A stretch of 64,000 nucleotides of DNA from Verrucomicrobiota bacterium (lineage in GTDB: Bacteria; Verrucomicrobiota; Verrucomicrobiia; Limisphaerales; AAA164-E04), in NCBI GenBank assembly GCA_047947115.1, contig CP170459.1, positions 4,608,001 through 4,672,000 of the forward strand. The letters are read 5' to 3'. Below, one piece after another: positions 57,810-64,000 of the stretch (positions are counted from its first letter, which is position 1; each line of letters begins with the position of its first letter). The notes below the pieces were generated by a model. That model saw nothing but the letters and a program-made list of their open reading frames with translations. It searched no databases and was not told the DNA's origin. The position numbers and the translations under genes are program-made.

Positions 57810-58877
57810 GTGATACATTTGAAATTCAAGGCTTTGACCCAAGGCAAACAGTCAACCACCTGGCTCATGTGCTGTTTTGCTGCCGTGATGTTGATGGCTG
57901 GTTGTTCACAGGACGATCAGATTCAGGTTTATACCGTGCCCAAAAAGGTAGCCTACCAACTACCCTCCAACTGGACAAAAACAGCAAGCACCAGCGCGAT
58001 GCGACTGGCCACTTACGACGTGAGAGGTGAGAATGGAGAGGAGGCCGAAGTGGCTATTCTTCCCATGCCTAGTCTGAATGTTGCGGATCACGAAATCGTC
58101 AACCTGTGGCGAAGCCAGTTGCAACTTCCCCCCATCACCAAGGAAGAAGTGGAGCAGTCTTCTGATCCGGTACAAATCGGGGATCTACAGGGGCGTATCT
58201 TCGATTTGACGGCACCGGAAAACGCGCCGGGCGAAATGTCGGGTGCCAGAATCATTACGGCGTTTGTGGCCGCCCCCACCGGCACCTGGTTTTTCAAAAT
58301 GACCGGTCAAAAGGATCACCTCGAAAAGGAAATCGACGGATTCACTTCCTTTCTGGGCTCAGTTGATCTGAATGCCATGCAAAAGGAAATCGCGGCATCC
58401 CGCACAACCGCCGACCCACATGCCGGGGTCAACATGGCTGCCGCCAGCGCTCCGCCCACTCGACCTTCAACGGCTTCCTCCAATCTCCCGAAATGGACGA
58501 TTCCCGATTCGTGGACCGACAAAGGGGGACGCTCCATGATTCTGGCCAGTTTTTCGGCTCAAGGCGGAGCGGTGGAGGTCACGGTCTCCATGCTCGGAGG
58601 CGGTGCGGGCGGAACATTGCCAAACATCAACCGCTGGCGCGGACAAGTCGGGTTACCTCCGGCAAGTGAAGCGGATCTGACATCCATGGCGAGCAGTATC
58701 GAAGTGGGTGACATCGAGTCCACCTACGTCAGTCTGCCGGGAGCCTCGCAACAGATCGACGCGGTGATTGTGCCAAAAGGAAATCAGACCTGGTTCTTCA
58801 AGGCCATGGGCACGCCGGCAGCCGTCCAACAGGAAACAGAAAACTTCAAGTCATTCGTTCAATCCGTTCAATTCTAG
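57810..58877 (+). CDS. Lipoprotein with an internally duplicated domain, first gene of the cytochrome c biogenesis operon
   Basis: Lipobox MAGC; two homologous halves (LPSNW..MRLATY..VNLWRSQLQL..TWFFKMTG and IPDSW..MILASF..INRWRGQVGL..TWFFKAMG) joined by a DPHAG linker. Confidence 0.75.
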   Translation: MIHLKFKALTQGKQSTTWLMCCFAAVMLMAGCSQDDQIQVYTVPKKVAYQLPSNWTKTASTSAMRLATYDVRGENGEEAEVAILPMPSLNVADHEIVNLWRSQLQLPPITKEEVEQSSDPVQIGDLQGRIFDLTAPENAPGEMSGARIITAFVAAPTGTWFFKMTGQKDHLEKEIDGFTSFLGSVDLNAMQKEIAASRTTADPHAGVNMAAASAPPTRPSTASSNLPKWTIPDSWTDKGGRSMILASFSAQGGAVEVTVSMLGGGAGGTLPNINRWRGQVGLPPASEADLTSMASSIEVGDIESTYVSLPGASQQIDAVIVPKGNQTWFFKAMGTPAAVQQETENFKSFVQSVQF

Positions 58878-58881
58878 CATC

Positions 58882-60075
58882 ATGCTGAAGCAGATCACAA
58901 AGTTCTTCACTTCCCTTAAACTGACCGTCACCTGCCTGGCGTTTTTCCTCATCATCGTATTCGTCGGCACGATGGCGCAGGTCGACCAGGGGCTCTACCA
59001 GGTTCAGGAACTTTATTTCAAAAGTTTACTGATCTATTGGGGTCCTGAAAATGCGGATTGGAAAATCCCGGTACTGCCCGGTGGTTACCTGGTGGGTGTC
59101 TTCCTGATGATCAATCTGGTTGCAGCATTTGTCAGCCGCTTCAAATTGACGAAGAAGAAATTCGGCATTTATATCACGCATGCAGGGTTGATCCTGTTGT
59201 TGCTTGGACAGGTTTTCACGGATGCGCTCTCACGCGAAAGCGCCATGGAAATTGAAGAAGGCGGAACCAGTTCGCATTCGGAAGATTTCAAACTGGACGA
59301 ATGGGTGCTGATTGATCATTCCAATCCGACTGAAGACAAGGTCTGTACAATTGCCGATTCACTCATTGCCGGAAGCAAAGGATCTGTCATCATCGCCGAC
59401 TCCCTTCCTTTTAAAGTCAAAGTCCTCGACTACTGGCAAAACGTAAGCCTGACCGGGTCGCTTATCGATGAAGACGGGAACCAGAAGTCGGGTTATACCA
59501 GGGTAGAAGCCACGACAGGATTTGATAATGTATACCTCAAGCCTATACCTCCGGCCACCAGCATGGATTCAAGGGACATGAAGGCGGCCATTGTGGAATT
59601 ATTGGACGGCGATACATCTTTGGGGCAATGGCTGGTAGCGACTCGCATGAATGCCCAGAAATTCAGTCACAACGGAAAACAATACTCAGTGGCGATGAGA
59701 GCCAAGCGTTACTACAAGGACTTCTCCTTAACCCTTCTCCGAGCCACACACGACAAGTACACCGGCACGGACCTTCCCAAGAATTTCGCCAGCCGTGTTC
59801 GCTTGAAAAACGACAATACCGGAGAAGACCGTGAAGTGCTGATTTACATGAACCATCCATTGAGATATGAGGGAATGACCTTTTTCCAGCACCAGATGAC
59901 TGCCGGTGAAGTCGTCAGAAGATCCGGCATGACCCCCTCTTCCGTGTTTCAGGTGGTCAAAAATCCCACGTGGCTGACCCCCTACTTTGCCTGTATCATG
60001 GTTGGATTGGGATTGCTCATCCAGTTCATGTTCCACCTCCTGGCATTCGTCAAAAAACGCAAACAAGCAGCTTAA
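58882..60075 (+). CDS. ResB/Ccs1-like cytochrome c biogenesis protein (System II)
   Basis: FFTSLKLTV, VGTMAQ, GIYITHAGLILLL, IYMNHPLRYEG.TFFQ. Start revised to ATG 58882. Confidence 0.8.
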   Translation: MLKQITKFFTSLKLTVTCLAFFLIIVFVGTMAQVDQGLYQVQELYFKSLLIYWGPENADWKIPVLPGGYLVGVFLMINLVAAFVSRFKLTKKKFGIYITHAGLILLLLGQVFTDALSRESAMEIEEGGTSSHSEDFKLDEWVLIDHSNPTEDKVCTIADSLIAGSKGSVIIADSLPFKVKVLDYWQNVSLTGSLIDEDGNQKSGYTRVEATTGFDNVYLKPIPPATSMDSRDMKAAIVELLDGDTSLGQWLVATRMNAQKFSHNGKQYSVAMRAKRYYKDFSLTLLRATHDKYTGTDLPKNFASRVRLKNDNTGEDREVLIYMNHPLRYEGMTFFQHQMTAGEVVRRSGMTPSSVFQVVKNPTWLTPYFACIMVGLGLLIQFMFHLLAFVKKRKQAA

Positions 60076-60117
60076 CCATTCCTGATACTTTCACATCCTC
60101 CGACTGAACAAAATACT

Positions 60118-62082
60118 ATGAAGAAATTCCTCCCATTCATCGTTCTCGGACTCTTCACCCTCTGGATCGTTTCCGCCATGCGCCCCGCCAAACCACGCGG
60201 ATACATGGATGACGTGCAATTCGGCCAGCTTCCCGTTTTACGCGAAGGCCGCCTGCAGCCACTCGATTCTGTGGGCATGAATGCGTTAAAGCTTATCCGT
60301 GGCACACGCAAAGTGCCTTTGGAAGGCAACAATGAAAAAGGAGAATGGGGCAATTTTCTGGAAATCAGGGGTGACGGCAAAGGTCAGTTGACTGAACGGC
60401 GCTGGTATCAATTTTCCAAACACCCCAAAAAACTGAACCCTTCGGAATGGCTCATGGAAGTCATGATGCATCCGGAAATCGCGGACGAACGATACATCTT
60501 TGCCATCAACCACCCCGATCTGGTGGGAGAACTCAGCCTGGATGGAAAAGGTTTGGACAAATCCGGACTACGTTATTTCACGTTCAATGAAATCCGGGAT
60601 CGATTCCCAACCATCCGACACCATGCCCAAAGCGCCTTCGAACAAGAGGAAGCACTTCGCTCTCCTTTTGAAAAAGCGGTAATCAAAATCTGGGTGGGCA
60701 TGAACACTTATCTGGAGCTGAAAAACACCATCGCCCCTCAGGACTCTCACAACTTTAACAGCGACCTGGAAAATTACCTCGCCATCATCACGCCCGGTCT
60801 GGAAGCCTATCGCAATCAGGTGGCCGGAAAGGAACATGACGAAGCGATATTGGGGCAATTTTCAGCTTACATGGACCGGTTCCAGATGCTGAGTTCAGCG
60901 CGCACCCTGATGGTTCCGCCGAGTAAGGACTCTGGAATGGATGATCAATGGAGCAACATTGGAACCAATTTGATCACCGCGATTCAGACGCAGGATGTCA
61001 AGCCCGCCGTACGATCCTATGCACGCATGGCAAGCTCCTTTCATGCGGATGATTCGGGCAACTTCAACCAGGCCCTCAACCAATACCGCCAATCCCTTCA
61101 ATCGGACTTAGACAAGGAATTGAAGCGCACCCACATTGAATATTCCTACAATCGCTTTGCGCCCTTCTACAAAAGCACGGTGATTTATCTCATCGCTTTC
61201 ATCCTGGCCTGTGTCACCTGGGTAAACGGATCGGAAGGCACCCGCAAGACAGCGTTTTACCTGGTTGCCCTGGCTGCCATCGTTCACACCGGCGGACTCC
61301 TCACGCGCATGTATATTGAAGGGCGCCCGCCAGTCACCAACCTCTACAGTTCGGCTATTTTTGTCGGATGGGGCGCGGTGATTCTGGGCTTGATTCTTGA
61401 ACGCATCTACCGCGACGCCATCGGTGCCGCGATCGCCAGCATCGTCGGGGTGCTGTCGCTGATCATCGCACATAACCTGGCTTTGGAAGGCGACACCATG
61501 GGTGTTCTCAGAGCGGTTCTGGACACCAATTTCTGGTTGGCCACCCATGTTGTCACCATCACCCTGGGTTATGCATCCACCTTCTTTTCAGGATTCCTGG
61601 CCATTGTTTACATCATGCGAGGATTCTTCACCCATTCCCTTTCCAAAGAAACAGCTCAATCACTCAACCGCATGGTGTATGGTGTGATCTGTTTTTCGAC
61701 TTTGTTCAGCTTCGTGGGAACGGTCCTCGGAGGCATCTGGGCGGATCAATCCTGGGGACGTTTCTGGGGCTGGGATCCAAAAGAAAATGGTGCCCTCCTG
61801 ATTGTGATTTGGAACGCGCTCATCCTTCACGCCCGCTGGGGAGGTATGATCCGTGAACGGGGCATGATGAATCTGGCCGTGTTTGGCAACATTGTGACGG
61901 CGTTCTCCTGGTTTGGAGTGAACATGTTGAACGTAGGATTGCACTCTTACGGATTCATGGGAGCCGCCTTCAAGTGGCTCATGATCTTCAATGCCAGTCA
62001 AATCCTGATCATCGCCATCGGCCTCATGCCCCTGAGCACCTGGGCCAGTTTCAAAAGCAAGTCCAGGAACCAGCCAGCATAA
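60118..62082 (+). CDS. ccsA: Cytochrome c biogenesis protein CcsA/ResC (System II) with a large periplasmic insertion
   Basis: GRPPVTNLYSS, WLATHV, WWD domain GGIWADQSWGRFWGWDPKE, GVNML.VGLHSYG. Confidence 0.92.
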   Translation: MKKFLPFIVLGLFTLWIVSAMRPAKPRGYMDDVQFGQLPVLREGRLQPLDSVGMNALKLIRGTRKVPLEGNNEKGEWGNFLEIRGDGKGQLTERRWYQFSKHPKKLNPSEWLMEVMMHPEIADERYIFAINHPDLVGELSLDGKGLDKSGLRYFTFNEIRDRFPTIRHHAQSAFEQEEALRSPFEKAVIKIWVGMNTYLELKNTIAPQDSHNFNSDLENYLAIITPGLEAYRNQVAGKEHDEAILGQFSAYMDRFQMLSSARTLMVPPSKDSGMDDQWSNIGTNLITAIQTQDVKPAVRSYARMASSFHADDSGNFNQALNQYRQSLQSDLDKELKRTHIEYSYNRFAPFYKSTVIYLIAFILACVTWVNGSEGTRKTAFYLVALAAIVHTGGLLTRMYIEGRPPVTNLYSSAIFVGWGAVILGLILERIYRDAIGAAIASIVGVLSLIIAHNLALEGDTMGVLRAVLDTNFWLATHVVTITLGYASTFFSGFLAIVYIMRGFFTHSLSKETAQSLNRMVYGVICFSTLFSFVGTVLGGIWADQSWGRFWGWDPKENGALLIVIWNALILHARWGGMIRERGMMNLAVFGNIVTAFSWFGVNMLNVGLHSYGFMGAAFKWLMIFNASQILIIAIGLMPLSTWASFKSKSRNQPA

Positions 62083-62204
62083 GCGTCGAGTGCCACCCGG
62101 TTGATTGCTGCTCGCGTCCTTCCAGCAAGGTGAAGAAGGACCGGCGAGCTCCGGACAGCGAGCGCGCTGAGCGCCGTTCCGGGTCTGGTCCGCTGGTTCA
62201 ATTC

Positions 62205-62334
62205 GCATTCAAACACGGTAGCTGTGAACCAACACCCGTAGGTTCCACTATAAGGAATAGAATGGTATTGTATATCAGCCAATCTCAACGTTCCCCTGGC
62301 GTATCCAGAGCGGTGTCGTGACCACCGCAGTCCA
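62205..62334 (-). repeat. REP-like dispersed element, copy B (homologous to 23933-24060)
   Basis: Reverse complement TGGACTGCGGTGGTCACGACACCGCTCTGGATACGCCAGGGGAACGTTG versus copy A TGGACTGCGGTGAGCATCACCGCTCTGGATATGCCAGGGAAACGTTG; weaker similarity continues for about 80 bp. Confidence 0.75.
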
Positions 62335-62457
62335 AAACATCCACTTGCGTCTTCCTGTAACAACTTGAACCAACCTTTTCGCAACAAAACAGCAAACATT
62401 TTTTAAGTGCGTTTCCGGTATGTCTTGAATAGATTCAGGGCGACAAAGACACCATAC

Positions 62458-64000
62458 ATGAAACGTTTATTATACTTGTTATTTATACTGTGTGTGACGA
62501 TTCCTGTCATTGCCGCGCAACCGGACCACACCCTCTCACTCTGGCCAGGCAAACCTCCCGGTGTCACAAGAGCCACCGGCCCGGAAGTCAAATTAAAGAA
62601 CCGCCCCCGCCCTTTCTACCAGCTCACCCAGATCGCGACCCCTTCCCTCGAAATCTACCTGCCAAAGGCAAAAACCGCCAACAGCACTGCCATCCTGATA
62701 TGTCCGGGTGGAGGCATGCAGCGACTTGCTTACGAACACGAGGGATTGGAGGTGGCTGAGTGGTTGAATGCACACGGCATCATCGCCGGAGTTCTGAAAT
62801 ACCGTGTCCCCGGCCCGGCAAAAAGCGGAGCCATCGACGCCCAACGGGCCATGAGCCTGCTGCGTCAACATGCACCAGAATGGGGTATCGACGTGAATGC
62901 GGTCGGATTCATAGGCTTTTCAGCAGGTGGCGAAATCGGCGCCTGGCTTGCCACCCACCACCACACCCGCCTGTACGACCAGGTGGACGCAACGGACAAT
63001 CACGCCTTTCATCCTGATTTTGTCGGCCTGATCTATTCAGGTGGTTTATTGAAATTTAGAACGACCGAATTGAAAGAAGAATTTGCCTCCCGCATCCATG
63101 CCGATATGTCGCCCGTTTTCATGGCGCATGCCTTTAACGACGGATGTCAGAACAGCATCGCGCTGGCAATGGCCCTGAAAGAGGCCGGAGTCCCGACGGA
63201 ATTCCATTTATTTCAGGAGGGTGGACATGGTTTTGGCGTGCGGTCCACGGGAGTGCCTGTTGAAGCCTGGAAAAAGCGGTTCGTTGAATGGCTGGTTTCG
63301 AATGGATACATGGCTCCAAAAGGGGTTCGAACTTTTGTTTCCCAACTATCCACGAATGTAAAGCTGCCAAACGCGACGCTTCCCTCTCTGGTTTCTCACC
63401 TGCCGAACGCCAATTGGGCGGATGCCTATCGAGCACAAACACGTTGGGTCAAAGGCCATCTGTTTCCAAACAACGTGGGTGGATTCAAAGGAGCAGCAGC
63501 ATCCGAGGCCGCACAACTGAGTTTAGGCCTTGACGGTCCACTGACAGGTGTCCTCCCCAAGGACGGTGCCATCAGAGGTTCCGGCAAGGTGACGCTGGAA
63601 TTAAACCAGACGGGTCCCATGGCGATTGAAACAGAAATCGGCTACCGCATCGCCGTCGATATTTCCTACGAAGTGCTCACCGATCAACAAGCCCGGGAAG
63701 CCGTTTCCGCCATCGTCCCCGTTGTGGAGCTCCCCATGCGCCGTTCGATAATGGAGTCAGGAGACCAGGCAATGAACATGGTGGCTTCCAACATTGGTTC
63801 ATTCAAATACATCGTGGGTGAAGATCTGGATCCTTCCATGGTGAATCCGGATACCTGGGAGCTGACGTTAACCAAAGGCAAAACAACCATGCACTCCGTA
63901 AAGGGCGAAACCGCAAAGGGAGGGCAGTATCACAACCTGCGCAAAATCATGAATCAACTCACCCAAAACGGCCACACACTACCCGCCGGTACGTTAATCA
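62458..64000 (+). CDS. Secreted alpha/beta-hydrolase (carbohydrate esterase-like) fused to a 2-keto-4-pentenoate hydratase/FAH-like domain (runs off the window end; not in the ORF track)
   Basis: Manual translation is open from ATG 62458 to 64000: signal peptide, ICPGGG, LKYRVP, GFSAGG, HAFND, GGHGFG; then DAYRAQ, GFKGA, GLDGPLTGVL, IETEIGY, PVVELP, VASNIG, GHTLPAGTLI. Confidence 0.85.
   Translation, partial: MKRLLYLLFILCVTIPVIAAQPDHTLSLWPGKPPGVTRATGPEVKLKNRPRPFYQLTQIATPSLEIYLPKAKTANSTAILICPGGGMQRLAYEHEGLEVAEWLNAHGIIAGVLKYRVPGPAKSGAIDAQRAMSLLRQHAPEWGIDVNAVGFIGFSAGGEIGAWLATHHHTRLYDQVDATDNHAFHPDFVGLIYSGGLLKFRTTELKEEFASRIHADMSPVFMAHAFNDGCQNSIALAMALKEAGVPTEFHLFQEGGHGFGVRSTGVPVEAWKKRFVEWLVSNGYMAPKGVRTFVSQLSTNVKLPNATLPSLVSHLPNANWADAYRAQTRWVKGHLFPNNVGGFKGAAASEAAQLSLGLDGPLTGVLPKDGAIRGSGKVTLELNQTGPMAIETEIGYRIAVDISYEVLTDQQAREAVSAIVPVVELPMRRSIMESGDQAMNMVASNIGSFKYIVGEDLDPSMVNPDTWELTLTKGKTTMHSVKGETAKGGQYHNLRKIMNQLTQNGHTLPAGTLI

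Noticed and set aside
62085..62165. Resemblance to the 5' part of RNase P RNA
   Set aside because: The conserved GAGGAAAGUC and the 3' P4 strand are missing.

Overview
This is a gene-dense bacterial chromosomal window of moderate GC. The gene content (sulfatases, PVC-type heme/PQQ dehydrogenase, DUF6370-like and DUF3179-like proteins, lipoprotein-ResB-CcsA locus, dnaK-groES-groEL operon) suggests Verrucomicrobiota; this is an inference. It is mostly core and catabolic DNA: a TetR-TolC-MFP-RND efflux operon, dnaK-groES-groEL, CopA, L-rhamnose isomerase with a sugar ABC transporter and NupC, SahR-like regulator/metK/ahcY, mtnA, trkAH, rsmI, a CCA-adding enzyme and System II cytochrome c biogenesis. 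I found no rRNA, tRNA, cas, integrase or transposase genes. Two real CDSs missing from the ORF track run off the window ends: a prenyltransferase-repeat protein (<1..333, minus) and a secreted esterase fused to an MhpD/FAH-like domain (62458..>64000). Non-coding structure includes a 7 x 40-bp GTAG-hairpin (REP-type) tandem array, a second dispersed REP/REPIN-like family with two copies, an inverted-repeat mini-element, a sigma54-type promoter upstream of dnaK, PsrA-like and SahR-like operators, and three decayed gene remnants. The best candidates for undescribed biology are the esterase-hydratase fusion, the duplicated-domain lipoprotein heading the cytochrome c maturation operon, a four-repeat Cys/His exported protein, and a DUF3179-like plus Cys-rich exported gene pair. 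All family assignments come from motif recognition, not database searches.
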